Shown piece by piece: positions 9,453 through 20,004 of a DNA stretch of 64,000 nucleotides. This stretch comes from Candidatus Brocadiia bacterium (GTDB lineage: Bacteria > Planctomycetota > Brocadiia > CAIUPP01). Position 1 is the stretch's first letter; each line of letters starts with the position of its first letter. The notes below the pieces were generated by a model, which saw nothing but the letters and a program-made list of their open reading frames with translations, was not told the origin of the DNA and did not search any database. Location of the stretch: contig JBEKCB010000002.1 of NCBI GenBank assembly GCA_050015075.1, forward strand, positions 160,001 through 224,000. Reading direction: 5' to 3'. The position numbers and the translations under genes are program-made.

Positions 9453-10229
9453 ATGAAGATCTACATTCATACCGATCTCGAGGGAATCTCCGGGGTGGAC
9501 ACGGCGGAGATGATCGAGCCGGAGCATCCGCGCCGGCGCGAGGCGATCGAGTGTCTCATGGCGGACGCGAATGCCGCGGTCGAGGGCGCCCTGCAGGGCG
9601 GCGCGACCCACGTGACCGTGCTCGACAGCCACGGCGGCGGCGGCAACTTCATCCTCGAGCTGCTCGACCGCCGGGCGGACAACGACCCGAAGGCAAACAA
9701 GAAGTGGTGGGGCAAGATGGACACGTCGTACGCGGGCACTTTTTTCATCGGCGCGCACGCGATGGCCGGGACGCAGAACGCGTTCCTGGACCACACGCAG
9801 AATTCGGAGAGCTGGTACAACTACTGGCTCAACGGGCGGCGGATGGGCGAGCTGGCGCAGTGGGCGATCGTGTCAGGGAACTTCGGAATCCCGATGCTGA
9901 TGGTCAGCGGCGACGAGGCCGCGTGCGTCGAGGCGCGGCAGTTCTTCTCTCCGGTCGAGACGGCCGCGGTCAAGCGCGGGATCGGGCGGAACCGCGCGGA
10001 ACTGGTCCCGGTCGAGGAGGCGCGCGCCCGCATCCGCGAGGCCGCCCGGCGGGCGATTGCGCTCGTCGGAAAGGCCGCGCCGCTCATACCCACCAAGCCG
10101 ATGGAAGTCCGCCTGGAGCTATGCCGCGCGGATTACTGCGACCGGTTTGCGGGCAAGCCGGGAGTCGAGCGCCTCGATGCGCGCTCGGTCCGGAAGGTCT
10201 CGAGCGATCCGCTCAACATCTTCCCTTGA
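9453..10229 (+). CDS. M55 family D-aminopeptidase (DppA-like)
   Basis: MKIYIHTDLEGISGV, DSHGGG, GAHAMAG, LDHT, GEL, VSGD; AGGAGG RBS. Confidence 0.88.
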   Translation: MKIYIHTDLEGISGVDTAEMIEPEHPRRREAIECLMADANAAVEGALQGGATHVTVLDSHGGGGNFILELLDRRADNDPKANKKWWGKMDTSYAGTFFIGAHAMAGTQNAFLDHTQNSESWYNYWLNGRRMGELAQWAIVSGNFGIPMLMVSGDEAACVEARQFFSPVETAAVKRGIGRNRAELVPVEEARARIREAARRAIALVGKAAPLIPTKPMEVRLELCRADYCDRFAGKPGVERLDARSVRKVSSDPLNIFP

Positions 10230-10387
10230 GCCGCGCGCGTTCCGGCGAAATCGGAAGCTGAGCTTCGGGCAAAGCTCGGAGTACCGGCGCGTTGTCCCTG
10301 TGGAAACCGGCGGGCTGGGCCCGTCCATTCCGGCGTGGACTGCGGAATCATTGCCCACTACCCGCGAGACCCGGCTGGAGGAAAATC

Positions 10388-13126
10388 ATGAGAAGTTCGC
10401 TCCGTCTGGTTGGAACGGTATTGCTGGCGGCGCTGGCCGGCGCGATATCAAGTTCCCGCTGCGCCGACGCCCTGGATCTCTACGTCGCCGCCGACGGACG
10501 CGACGCGTGGAGCGGCCGGCTCACCGCGCCCGATGCCGCCGGCAAGGACGGACCTTTCGCCTCGCTGGAGCGGGCCCGCGATGAAGTCCGCGCGCTCAAG
10601 CGGGAAAAAGGTCTTCATGAATCCGTGACCGTACACGTTCGCGGCGGCACGTACTTCCTGGACCGGACTTTCCAACTCACCGCCGAAGATTCCGGGACGG
10701 CCGACGCGCCGGTCGTCTATCTCGGCGAGAGCGCGGCGCGGCCGCTGCTGGTCGGCGGAAAACCCGTCGCCGGTTTCGCTCCGTACAAGGACAAGATCCT
10801 CGTGGCCGACGTGGCCTCGCAAGGCTTGAAGGGCGTCGCCTTCCGGCAGCTCTTTTTCGACGGCCGGCGGCAGGTCCTGGCGCGATATCCGAACTTCGAT
10901 CCGACGAATCCCTATGCCGGCGGCTGGGCCTACGTCGAGGGCAAGCCGGTGGAGATGTACCAGGACCGGCCGGACGACTCCAGGCGCCTGCTGCACTTCA
11001 AGGCCGAGGACGCCCGCGCGATCTCGCGGCCGGAGGAGGCCGAGGTCTGCATCTTCGCGCGATACAACTGGTGGAACGACATCGTCCGCATCGCGTCGGT
11101 GGACCGCGAGAAGCGCGTCATCACGCTGGCGGGCGACTGCTCCTACGCGGTCCGCCCCGGCGACCGCTACTACGTGCAGGGGCTTTTCGAGGAGCTCGAC
11201 TCGCCCGGCGAGTGGTGGCTGGACAAGTCCGCGGGCAAGCTCTACTTCTGGCCGCCGGCGCCCTGGGAAGGCAAGCCGGTCGTCGCGCCGACGCTTCGCA
11301 CGATCATCGAGATCGGCCCCGGCGTCTCGGACGTCACCGTCCGCGGTTTCGACATCGAGTGCTGCGAGGGCAACGCGGTGACGCTCACGAAGGCGACGAA
11401 TTGTCTCATCGCCGGCTGCGTGATCCGCAACGTCGGCGACTACAACGGCTCGGCCGTGGTGATCAACGAGGGCTCGGGCAACGGCGTGGCGGGGTGCGAC
11501 ATCTCCGAAGTCGGCCGCGACGGCGCCTATATCGGCGGCGGCGACCGCAAGACGCTCACGGCCGCGGGCAATTACGCGGACAACAATTACATCCACCACG
11601 TCGGGGTGTTCTACAAACAGGGCGCGGGCGTTTTGCTCGATGGCGTCGGCAACCGCGCGTCGCACAACCTGATCCACGACGGCCCGCGGATAGGAATCGA
11701 GTTCAGCGGCAATAACCTGGTCATCGAATACAACCACATCCGGCACGTGAGCCTGGAGACCGAGGACACCGGCGCGGTCTACACCGGCGGGCGGGACTGG
11801 ATCAGCTCGCGCGGCACCGTGATCCGCTACAACTATTTCCACGACATACTCGGCTTCGGGCGGGAGGACGGCCGGTGGACGATGCCCTACTTCGCGTGGG
11901 GAGTCTACCTGGACGACAACGCCGGCGGCGTGGATGTGATCGGCAACATCGTGACCCGCTGCTCGCGGGCGGGCCTGCACCTGCACAACGGGCGGGATAA
12001 CCTGATCGAGAACAACGTCTTCATAGACAACAGCCGCTACCAGGTGGAATATAACGGCTGGACGCAGGATTCGCAGATGTGGAAGACCCATTTCCCCACG
12101 ATGGTCAAGGGATACGAGATGGTCGCCGGCGAGCCGGCCTGGCAGAACATGCGGAACATGAAGACGCATCCGAAGGACGCCATCCTGCCCGGCGGGCTGA
12201 TCATGTCGGGCAACACGCTCTCGCACAATATCTTCTATTACCGCGCACCGGCGGCCAGTCTCTGCCGCTTCTCGAACGTCTCATTCGACCATAATTGGGC
12301 CGATGACAACCTGGTCTGGCATTGCGGGTTGCCGATCTCGACCGGACAGTTCAAGGCGGGAAAAACGATCTCCGATAACCTGCTGGTCAACCCCGGCTTC
12401 GAAGGCGGCCAGCCGGGCGAGTTGCCCAACGGCTGGATCTGGCAGGCCAGGCCGAGCGCGGACTGCAAGGCCGGCGTTTCGGATGAGGCCGCGGCCGGCG
12501 GCAAACGGTCGCTGAAGATCGAAGGCGTGCCGGTGAAGGACGCCAAGTGCAATCCTCCGTGGCCCGTGGTCGTCAGCACGGAGGTCGCCGCGAAACCGGG
12601 CCATGCTTACCGGCTGACCGCGAAGATGAAGGCCGCCAAGGCCGGAACGCGCGTCGAGCTGATGGTTCAGTCGTACGTCGCCAATGTGTACTTCTGGTCC
12701 AGGAACACGCCGGCCAGCCTCGGCGCCGAGTGGCGGGATTACGAACTGGTCTTCAGATTCCCAGCCGAAGGCGAGCAGGACTACAATGCGCAGATGAAGG
12801 CGGTCCGAGCCCGGTTCGATCTGCCGGCGAGCGACGGCACGGTGTGGATTGCTGATGTCCACCTGGTCGAAGCGGAAACGCTGGATGAGTGGCAATCGCT
12901 CCAGGCGATGGGGTTCGACCGGAACTCGCTCGTCGCCGACCCGCTTTTCGTCGCTCCGGAGAAAGACGACTGGCGTCTCAGGCCCGGCTCGCCGGCGTTC
13001 AAGCTCGGGTTCCAGCCGATCCCGGTGGACAAGATCGGGCCGTACCAGGATCCCCTGCGCGCATCCTGGCCGATCATCGAGGCGCCCGGCGTGCGGGAAT
13101 GGCTGAAGCTGAACAAGGCCGGATGA
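10388..13126 (+). CDS. secreted right-handed beta-helix protein with C-terminal CBM4/9-like domain
   Basis: signal peptide; LYVAADG, DGPFASLERARD, ELDSPGEW, repeated N-x-IH rungs, DTGAVY, GVYLDD; NLLVNPGFE module. Confidence 0.8.
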   Translation: MRSSLRLVGTVLLAALAGAISSSRCADALDLYVAADGRDAWSGRLTAPDAAGKDGPFASLERARDEVRALKREKGLHESVTVHVRGGTYFLDRTFQLTAEDSGTADAPVVYLGESAARPLLVGGKPVAGFAPYKDKILVADVASQGLKGVAFRQLFFDGRRQVLARYPNFDPTNPYAGGWAYVEGKPVEMYQDRPDDSRRLLHFKAEDARAISRPEEAEVCIFARYNWWNDIVRIASVDREKRVITLAGDCSYAVRPGDRYYVQGLFEELDSPGEWWLDKSAGKLYFWPPAPWEGKPVVAPTLRTIIEIGPGVSDVTVRGFDIECCEGNAVTLTKATNCLIAGCVIRNVGDYNGSAVVINEGSGNGVAGCDISEVGRDGAYIGGGDRKTLTAAGNYADNNYIHHVGVFYKQGAGVLLDGVGNRASHNLIHDGPRIGIEFSGNNLVIEYNHIRHVSLETEDTGAVYTGGRDWISSRGTVIRYNYFHDILGFGREDGRWTMPYFAWGVYLDDNAGGVDVIGNIVTRCSRAGLHLHNGRDNLIENNVFIDNSRYQVEYNGWTQDSQMWKTHFPTMVKGYEMVAGEPAWQNMRNMKTHPKDAILPGGLIMSGNTLSHNIFYYRAPAASLCRFSNVSFDHNWADDNLVWHCGLPISTGQFKAGKTISDNLLVNPGFEGGQPGELPNGWIWQARPSADCKAGVSDEAAAGGKRSLKIEGVPVKDAKCNPPWPVVVSTEVAAKPGHAYRLTAKMKAAKAGTRVELMVQSYVANVYFWSRNTPASLGAEWRDYELVFRFPAEGEQDYNAQMKAVRARFDLPASDGTVWIADVHLVEAETLDEWQSLQAMGFDRNSLVADPLFVAPEKDDWRLRPGSPAFKLGFQPIPVDKIGPYQDPLRASWPIIEAPGVREWLKLNKAG

Positions 13127-13164
13127 AGCGCCGGTCATCCCCGAAGTCTCGGAGGAACAGCCGC

Positions 13165-14016
13165 ATGAAATTTCTGCCGATGTCCGAATTGCTTTCCGAC
13201 GCCGCCTCGCGCGGATACGCCGTTCCGGCGTTCTGCGTCTGGAACGCCGAAGCCATGGACTGCGCGCTGCGCGTCGCCACGGAGTGCCGCGCGCCGGTGA
13301 TCCTGATGAATGGCCCCGGCGAGTTTTCGCTTCTTCCGCCGGCAGCCATGGCGGCGACGGCCGTCGCCATTTCGGCCAGGTACTCGGTGCGTGCGGCCCT
13401 GCACCTCGACCACGGAGACAGCATCGAGCAAGCGGAGGCCTGCCTCGCCGCCGGCTATACATCCGTCATGCTCGACTTCTCGGCGCGCCCCTATGCGGAG
13501 AACGCCGCCGCGCTCCGGCAGGTCGCTCAGCGGGCGCATCCGCTGGGAGTGACCGTCGAGGGAGAGATCGGGCACGTCGGCAAGGTGGACGACGTCACGA
13601 CCGAAGGCGCGCCCGGTTCCACTCTCACCGTTCCGGCGGAGGCCGCCCGCTATGCCGAGGAGACGGGAGTGGACGTCCTGGCGGTGTCCATCGGCAATGC
13701 GCACGGACAATATACGCGGCTGCCGCGCCTGGACTTCGACCGGCTGGCCGAGATTCACAAGGCGGTGCGCGTTCCCCTCGTGTTGCACGGCGGATCGGGG
13801 ACGCCCGAGGCGGACATCAAGAAAGCGATCTTGCTGGGCATCGCAAAAATCAACGTGGCGACCGAGCTGATCGCAGCCGTCCGCGAATCGCTCAGGGGCC
13901 AGTGGCGCGACGGCCGGAACCTCTGGCTGCCGCTGGCGCAGGCGGAGGCGATGCAGGCGATGGAGCCGGTGCTGCGGAAGTGGATTGCCGCGACCGGCGC
14001 CGCGGGGCGCGGTTGA
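13165..14016 (+). CDS. class II fructose/tagatose-bisphosphate aldolase family
   Basis: HLDHG, GYTSVMLD, VEGEIG, GNAHG, LVLHGGSG, KINVAT. Confidence 0.9.
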   Translation: MKFLPMSELLSDAASRGYAVPAFCVWNAEAMDCALRVATECRAPVILMNGPGEFSLLPPAAMAATAVAISARYSVRAALHLDHGDSIEQAEACLAAGYTSVMLDFSARPYAENAAALRQVAQRAHPLGVTVEGEIGHVGKVDDVTTEGAPGSTLTVPAEAARYAEETGVDVLAVSIGNAHGQYTRLPRLDFDRLAEIHKAVRVPLVLHGGSGTPEADIKKAILLGIAKINVATELIAAVRESLRGQWRDGRNLWLPLAQAEAMQAMEPVLRKWIAATGAAGRG

Positions 14017-14057
14017 CGGGAACGGGCGGATATACGCAACTGCGAAGGAGGGATTCG

Positions 14058-15404
14058 ATGGGCTCGGATTCAGTCGTTCGAGACCTCGAGGGCGAACTCG
14101 CGGAGATTCCCGCGCTGGACATCCACACGCACTTGACGTGTGGAAAGCTCGCCGCGCGCGGGCTGCACGACGTGCTGCTTTACCACATGGTGGTCACCGA
14201 CCTGTATGCCGCCGGCTGCCCCAGCGGCGCGCGGCTGACGCAGTATCCGGGTTGGCCGACGCGCGAAGAGGCGCACTCGAGAATCCAGGAGGCGCTGCCG
14301 TACCTGGACAGGATTCGGAACACGAGCCTCTTCTGGGCGTTGCGGACCATCCTGCGCGACCTGTACGACTGGAACGAGCCGATCACCGGCAGGAACTGGG
14401 CGGCGCTCGATGCACTGATCCGTGAACGCGCCGACGATCGCGCCTGGTCGCGCGAGATTATCCGCCGGGCGGGCGTCAAAAAGCTCACCACCGAACTCTC
14501 CCGGCGCGGCGACGGCGGGGATGACGATCTCTTCCACTACTCCATGGAATGGGCCTTCTTCACGCGCACGCAGCGCGGCGAATATGACACGGCGCTCTAC
14601 GAGCTGGAACGATGCTGGGGCAAGAAGCCGGGGACGCCGATTCCGCATGCGGCGGGCGGGCGGCCGGCCTCCGACCGGATTATTCGGACTGTCGAGGACG
14701 TGCGCGCGGCCATGGCCCATTTCGTGAAAGAACTGGCGGCTTCCCGCGTGCTCTCGATCGCCACTCATATCTCGACGGACATCTCCTTCCGGCGCGTCAC
14801 GGACGGCGAGATGGAATCGGCGCTGGCGCGGCGAGCCAAAGCGGGCGCCGAAGAGAGGGACCTGTACGCGTCCTACATTCACGAGCTGTTCCTGGAACAA
14901 CTGACGTCCCTCGCCGACCCGATCGTCTTCCAGTTCAGTTTTGCCGCCGAGCCGATGCCGTTCGAGACGGCCAGCCTGATCCCCCAGCGCGCCATCGCGG
15001 ACCTGGCGGCCGTCGTCGCGCGCCATCCCAAGGTCAAATTCCTCTGCTTCCTGGCGAGCCGCCACGCCAACCAGTCGCTGTGCACGCTCTGCCGGGAACT
15101 GCCCAATCTCTCCCTGGCGGGTTACTGGTGGCACAATTTCTTTCCGGATATCATGCGGCAGGTTTTGGCCGAGCGCCTGGACCTGCTCCCGCTCAACAAG
15201 CAGATAGGTTTTTTCACCGACGCTTACAGCCTCGAATGGACTTACGGGAAGGCGTTCATCATCCGGAAAGTCATGTCGCGCGTGCTGGCGGACAAGATCG
15301 AGTCGGGGCAGTACACGCGCCAGGACGCGCTCGACATCGCCAGGGAGATTCTTTTCGAGACGCCGCAATCGCTGCTTGGAATGGTCCCGGCGAAAGGGCA
15401 ATAG
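14058..15404 (+). CDS. amidohydrolase-fold protein, glucuronate isomerase (UxaC)-like
   Basis: DIHTH, GYWW, FFTDAYS, C-terminal AREILFETP pattern; GGAGG RBS. Confidence 0.7.
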   Translation: MGSDSVVRDLEGELAEIPALDIHTHLTCGKLAARGLHDVLLYHMVVTDLYAAGCPSGARLTQYPGWPTREEAHSRIQEALPYLDRIRNTSLFWALRTILRDLYDWNEPITGRNWAALDALIRERADDRAWSREIIRRAGVKKLTTELSRRGDGGDDDLFHYSMEWAFFTRTQRGEYDTALYELERCWGKKPGTPIPHAAGGRPASDRIIRTVEDVRAAMAHFVKELAASRVLSIATHISTDISFRRVTDGEMESALARRAKAGAEERDLYASYIHELFLEQLTSLADPIVFQFSFAAEPMPFETASLIPQRAIADLAAVVARHPKVKFLCFLASRHANQSLCTLCRELPNLSLAGYWWHNFFPDIMRQVLAERLDLLPLNKQIGFFTDAYSLEWTYGKAFIIRKVMSRVLADKIESGQYTRQDALDIAREILFETPQSLLGMVPAKGQ

Positions 15405-15479
15405 TCCGACCTTCTTGCGGTTCCCGGCGGCGCGTGCTAAAGTCCCGCGGGCGCAGGATGATGGAGAAAGGAGACCGCG

Positions 15480-16256
15480 ATGCCTAAACAGAATTCTCTG
15501 CTCGACGGAACGCGCTCGTCGCCGCAATGGCGGAAGGCCCGGCCGAAACTGTGCGTGCTGCCCGTCGGCGCGTTCGAGCAGCATTCCGAGCATCTGCCGC
15601 TCGCCACCGATGACATCCAGGTGGAGTACTTCGGCCGGTTCGTCGCAGGCGAGCTGGGCGCGGCGCTGCTGCCCACTCTGGATTACGGGACCAGCCTGGA
15701 GCATACCGGCTTCCCGGGAACGGTCTCGCTCAAGCCGGAGACGCTCATGCAGGTGATCCGCGACATCGCCGGCGAGGTCGAGCGGCAAGGGATCACGACC
15801 ATGATCCTCCTCAACGGCCACGGCGGAAACTTCGCGCTGGTGCCGGTCGTGCGCGACATCAACCGCTCGGACCGGAAGCTGAAGATTCTGCTCGTGACGT
15901 GGTACGGTTTCCAGGATGAAGAGGGCCTCGACTCAACCGCGCAGGGCAAGCCGGACATCCACGCGGGCGAAGGCGAGACTTCCGTCATGCTCGCCCTGCG
16001 GCCCGATCTCGTCCAGCCGGGCAGGCCGCGCCTGAAGTTCACCGTCAAGGGCTTTGAACAGCCGGACCTCACGACGTTCGGCGTCGGCTTTGTCGCGCCC
16101 AGGGGCAATTACGGAGACGCTTCGCTGGCCTCGCGCGAGAAAGGCGAGAAGTTCATCCTCAGCAGCAAGCGCAACTTGATGAAGCACATCCGGCAACGCC
16201 TGGCGTGGCTGCGCAAGAGCCGAATCTATTACCGGAGCGGACGAGCCGGAAAATAA
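15480..16256 (+). CDS. creatininase/cyclic amide hydrolase family
   Basis: PVGAFEQHSEHLPLATD, NGHGGN, HAGEGETS. Confidence 0.88.
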   Translation: MPKQNSLLDGTRSSPQWRKARPKLCVLPVGAFEQHSEHLPLATDDIQVEYFGRFVAGELGAALLPTLDYGTSLEHTGFPGTVSLKPETLMQVIRDIAGEVERQGITTMILLNGHGGNFALVPVVRDINRSDRKLKILLVTWYGFQDEEGLDSTAQGKPDIHAGEGETSVMLALRPDLVQPGRPRLKFTVKGFEQPDLTTFGVGFVAPRGNYGDASLASREKGEKFILSSKRNLMKHIRQRLAWLRKSRIYYRSGRAGK

Positions 16257-16371
16257 AAGCCAGCCGCCGCGATCGGGCACGCGGCGGCGGCCCGTCGCGA
16301 CATTGCATCCCCAGTGACGTGCTGATATTATTGCCCCATACCCTTTAGAATCGCAGGAGCGCTGAGCAACC

Positions 16372-17697
16372 ATGAAAATGCAGAGCACGCCGAACGCCGT
16401 GATTCCCGCGCGGCTGCATGCGTCGGGTTTCGAGAAGTCCGACTCCAATTTCTACTCCCTGTCGCCGGCGAGCGACGGGAACGTGTATTACACCCTCTCC
16501 TCGCACGACTTGAACACGCACGGCCGGGTCTACCGCTACGAGCCTTCAACCGACCGGGTGAAACTCCTCGGCGACCTGGGCGAACTGGTCGGCGAGGCGG
16601 GGCGCAAGACGATTCCGCAGGGGAAATCGCACTGCCCGTTCTTCGAGTGCGACGGGAAACTGTATCTCTCCACGCAGTACGGATTCTTCAAGGCCTCCGA
16701 CGACAAGGAACGGCCGGCGGGAGTGCCCGAGGGATACAAACCGTATCCCGGCGGACATTTCATCTCATACGATCTGGCGACAGGGCGATTCGAGGACCTG
16801 GTGATCGGCGTGCCGGAGGAAGGCATCATCGCGATGCAGCTCGACCCCGCGCGCAAGCGCATCTATGGGCTGACCTGGCCGAAGGGCTACTTCCTGGTCT
16901 ATGACATCGCCGCGCGCCGGCTGCGCAACCTGGGCAAGGTCTCCCGCGACGGCGAGGTCGGCGAAGGCCAGAATTACCTCTGCCTGTGCCGTAGCATGGG
17001 CGTCTGGCCGGAGACGGGCGACGTTTACTTCACGAATGCCGACGGCGAAATCCTGCGATACAGCTTCGCACGCGACCTCGTGGAGCCGGCGGCGGGCGTC
17101 CATATGAAACGCGACATCTTCGGCGCGTGGGACCCGCACAAGCCCGGCCACCAGGGGTACAACTGGCGCGACCTGTTCTGGCACGAGGCGGACCACGTCT
17201 TCTACGGTGTCCATCCGAAATCCGGCTATCTCTTCCGCTTCGATCCGGCCGCGCCGCGGCTGACGCTGCTCGACCGGATCTGCGCGCAGGAACTGCGCGA
17301 AAGCGGGCAGTTCGAGCCGTTCCGCTATGGCTATCTCTCGCTCCGGATCGGCCCGGACGGTCACACCGTTTACTATCTCACGAGCACTTACGGTCTCACG
17401 ACGGACGACGGCCGGCGCGTGAAGGAGGCCGTTCACCTGGTGACGTACCATCTCCGCAGCGGGGAGTACGCCGACCATGGCGTGCTGCGGCTGGCCGACG
17501 GCCGATACCCCTCGATGGCGCACACGCTCGTCGTCCACCCGAACGGAAAGCTGTACTCCTGCCCGTGGATCGAGCCTTCTCCAACGGGCCTGGACCGCAA
17601 GGCGGCGCCTATCTGTGACCTGATCAGTTTCGATGGCCCTGCGCCCGCGGCCGCAGAAAATCGGCGCCCGGCGAAAAATCGAAAGGGCCGCGAATGA
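16372..17697 (+). CDS. uncharacterised beta-propeller protein (homologue of 31162..32424)
   Basis: repeated x-D-G-x-(L/V)Y blades; QGKSH, GGHFISYD, IYGLTWPKGYF. Confidence 0.7.
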   Translation: MKMQSTPNAVIPARLHASGFEKSDSNFYSLSPASDGNVYYTLSSHDLNTHGRVYRYEPSTDRVKLLGDLGELVGEAGRKTIPQGKSHCPFFECDGKLYLSTQYGFFKASDDKERPAGVPEGYKPYPGGHFISYDLATGRFEDLVIGVPEEGIIAMQLDPARKRIYGLTWPKGYFLVYDIAARRLRNLGKVSRDGEVGEGQNYLCLCRSMGVWPETGDVYFTNADGEILRYSFARDLVEPAAGVHMKRDIFGAWDPHKPGHQGYNWRDLFWHEADHVFYGVHPKSGYLFRFDPAAPRLTLLDRICAQELRESGQFEPFRYGYLSLRIGPDGHTVYYLTSTYGLTTDDGRRVKEAVHLVTYHLRSGEYADHGVLRLADGRYPSMAHTLVVHPNGKLYSCPWIEPSPTGLDRKAAPICDLISFDGPAPAAAENRRPAKNRKGRE

Positions 17698-18464
17698 GCA
17701 TGATCGTGCTCGAGGAGACCTGCCAGGCGGACCTCAAGGGAAAGCCCGTCGAGGTCGCCGTGCTGCCCATCGGGTCGTGCGAGGTGCACGGGCTGCACTT
17801 GCCGTACGGGACCGACGCGTTCCAGGCGGGGATCTTCGCGCGCCGGGCGGCGGAACTGGCGGCCGCGCGCGGCGCGGGCGTCCTCGTGATGCCGGCTCTG
17901 CCCTATGGCTGCGATCAAAACCTCATGGCGTTTCCGTTCACGGTCGGCCTGAGTCCGAGCACGATCCTCAAGGTGATGGACGATCTCGTCGGCGCCCTGG
18001 CGCAGCATGGGATCCGAAAGGTCCTCCTGCTCAACGGGCATGGAGGCAACAGCGGCACGCTCGACGCGACGCTGCGCGAACTCTACGGCAAGCACAAAGT
18101 TTTCCTGGCTCGGATGGACTGCTGGTCCGTCGCCTCTGACGTGGTGGACGCCGTGCGCGAAACGGCGGAGATCGAGCACGCGGATGAAATCGAGACCTCG
18201 ATCGCGCTGGCGCTTTTCCCGCAATTCGTCAACATGGCCGCAGCGAAGCCGGCGCCGACGAATCCGTCGCGCCTTCCGCTGCTCAAGAAGTACGGCAAGT
18301 TCAGCCGGCCCTGGCATCTCTTCACCCGGAACGGCGGCGTCGGAGATCCGACGAAGGCGACTCGCGAGAAGGGCGAAAAGGTCGTTCAGGCGACCATCGC
18401 CCGGATCGCGGACGTCCTTGTGGAACTTTCCACGACTAAATACGACGAGCGGTTTCCATACTGA
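17694..18464 (+). CDS. creatininase family protein
   Basis: PIGSCEVHGLHLPYGTD, NGHGGN, HADEIETS; ATGA overlap. Confidence 0.88.
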   Translation: MSMIVLEETCQADLKGKPVEVAVLPIGSCEVHGLHLPYGTDAFQAGIFARRAAELAAARGAGVLVMPALPYGCDQNLMAFPFTVGLSPSTILKVMDDLVGALAQHGIRKVLLLNGHGGNSGTLDATLRELYGKHKVFLARMDCWSVASDVVDAVRETAEIEHADEIETSIALALFPQFVNMAAAKPAPTNPSRLPLLKKYGKFSRPWHLFTRNGGVGDPTKATREKGEKVVQATIARIADVLVELSTTKYDERFPY

Positions 18465-18556
18465 GCGGGGTGTTGAGTCAAACCCATCCGACCGTTCCGG
18501 CACGGCATCTAAGTCTATCCTGCCTACCCAAGTTTCCAGATTGCGTCTCCTCCTGA

Positions 18557-18606
18557 TTTAACGTTTTCTTAACAACTTTGCCCCACATTCTTACAGCAAC
18601 CTTATG
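18557..18606 (+). promoter_or_regulatory. phased 11-bp direct repeats, OmpR-family (KdpE-like) binding site
   Basis: TTTAAC 18557, CTTAAC 18568, CTTACA 18590, CTTATG 18601 in an AT-rich stretch upstream of porin-kdp. Confidence 0.55.
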
Positions 18607-18688
18607 TCCCCTTTGTTAAACTTTTCAGAATAGCGTGGGGGCATGACGACGCACAGTGTGGGGCGGAGTTGGAGAGAAGAGATCGCCG

Positions 18689-19981
18689 ATGAGACACAAG
18701 TGGTTGGAATTCAGCGCGGGGGCTTTCGCAACATTGCTTAGCGCAGCCGGATATCTCTGCGCGGCGGATTCGCCAACGAGCGCGGCGTCCGAGCCCGCCG
18801 GCCAGTCCGCGCCGGCGACTCCGCCGCCGGCGGCCGCGCCGGAGGTCTGGCCGCCCGGGCTGATCATGGATGGCTTGAAGGACACGTCGATCGGGAAAGA
18901 GATGAACGATCTGGGACTGAGACTCTGGGGCGCTGCCGAGATAGGGTTCACCGGCCGGCTGACCAACGGTGAGAGCCCGCTGCCGTTGCGCGATTACGAC
19001 GCGCCGCGGCCGGACAGCCTGCGCCTCAATCAAGTGCAACTGACGCTGGACCGCCCGTACGACAACAGCAAGAGCTTCGACTTCGGCGGACGCCTCGACC
19101 TGCTGTACGGCGGCGACGCCCGATTCACGCACGCCGCGGGCCTGGCCGACCATATCGGCGGGATGGGCAACGACGACTTCCAGTGGGCCGACCTGCTCCA
19201 AGCGTACGGCCAGCTCTGGTTCAAGACCGGAGCGGACAGCGGGCTGGAGCTGACGTTCGGAAAGTTCCTCGAACTGGCCGGCAGCGAGTCGGCCGAGGCG
19301 ACGAACAACCTGCTTTATTCCCACAGCGACATCTACACCTTCCTCGAGCCGACGACCCACACAGGCGGCATGGCGAAGTATATCTTCAACTCTCAATTCT
19401 TCGCCTACTTCGGCATCGTTGAGGGTTGGGACGTGGTCGAGGACAACAACACCGCGGTGACCTACATCGCCGGCGGCGGCTGGTCAAGCAAGACGCAGGT
19501 CGCAGGGCACGCGCAGACGCAGGCGCTCCTGAACATCATCACCGGTCCCGAGCGGACCGACGACAACAGCGACTATCGAACGCTGACGGACGTGGTGATC
19601 AACCAGAGCTGGACCGACAAGCTGACCGAGTCGTTGAACTTCGATTGGCTGGCGGAGGAGAACGTGCCGGGGATCGCCCACAAGCGCGCCGACGCCTACG
19701 GCGCCGCGCACTACCTGACGTACGTCTTCAACGACTACGTCAGCGGCACGTGGCGGCTGGAGGAGATGCGCGACGACGGCGGCTGGCGGACCGGGGTGAA
19801 CGGTGACCTCTACGAGAGCACGATCGGCGCGAGCCTGACGCCGGCGCCGAGCCATCCGCAACTGAAGAACCTGGTGCTGCGGCCGGAGTTCCGCTGCGAC
19901 TGGTCGGACAACCCCGACGCCTTCGGCCATGGCCACGAGAGCCAGCTCACTCTGGCCGTGGACCTCATCTACAAGTTCTAA
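18689..19981 (+). CDS. outer-membrane beta-barrel porin (putative BBP2/OmpL-like), copy 1
   Basis: signal peptide, LNQVQL, TFGKF, NNLLYSHS, PTTHTG, LRPEFRCDW, terminal LIYKF. Confidence 0.8.
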   Translation: MRHKWLEFSAGAFATLLSAAGYLCAADSPTSAASEPAGQSAPATPPPAAAPEVWPPGLIMDGLKDTSIGKEMNDLGLRLWGAAEIGFTGRLTNGESPLPLRDYDAPRPDSLRLNQVQLTLDRPYDNSKSFDFGGRLDLLYGGDARFTHAAGLADHIGGMGNDDFQWADLLQAYGQLWFKTGADSGLELTFGKFLELAGSESAEATNNLLYSHSDIYTFLEPTTHTGGMAKYIFNSQFFAYFGIVEGWDVVEDNNTAVTYIAGGGWSSKTQVAGHAQTQALLNIITGPERTDDNSDYRTLTDVVINQSWTDKLTESLNFDWLAEENVPGIAHKRADAYGAAHYLTYVFNDYVSGTWRLEEMRDDGGWRTGVNGDLYESTIGASLTPAPSHPQLKNLVLRPEFRCDWSDNPDAFGHGHESQLTLAVDLIYKF

Positions 19982-20004
19982 CTCTGAGAAGAGAGGAGTG
20001 TCCT

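Noticed and set aside
13284-14057. N-terminal extension of the 706-aa ORF, suggesting a fusion
   Set aside because: Overlaps the aldolase in another frame; the real start is the ATG at 14058 with a GGAGG RBS
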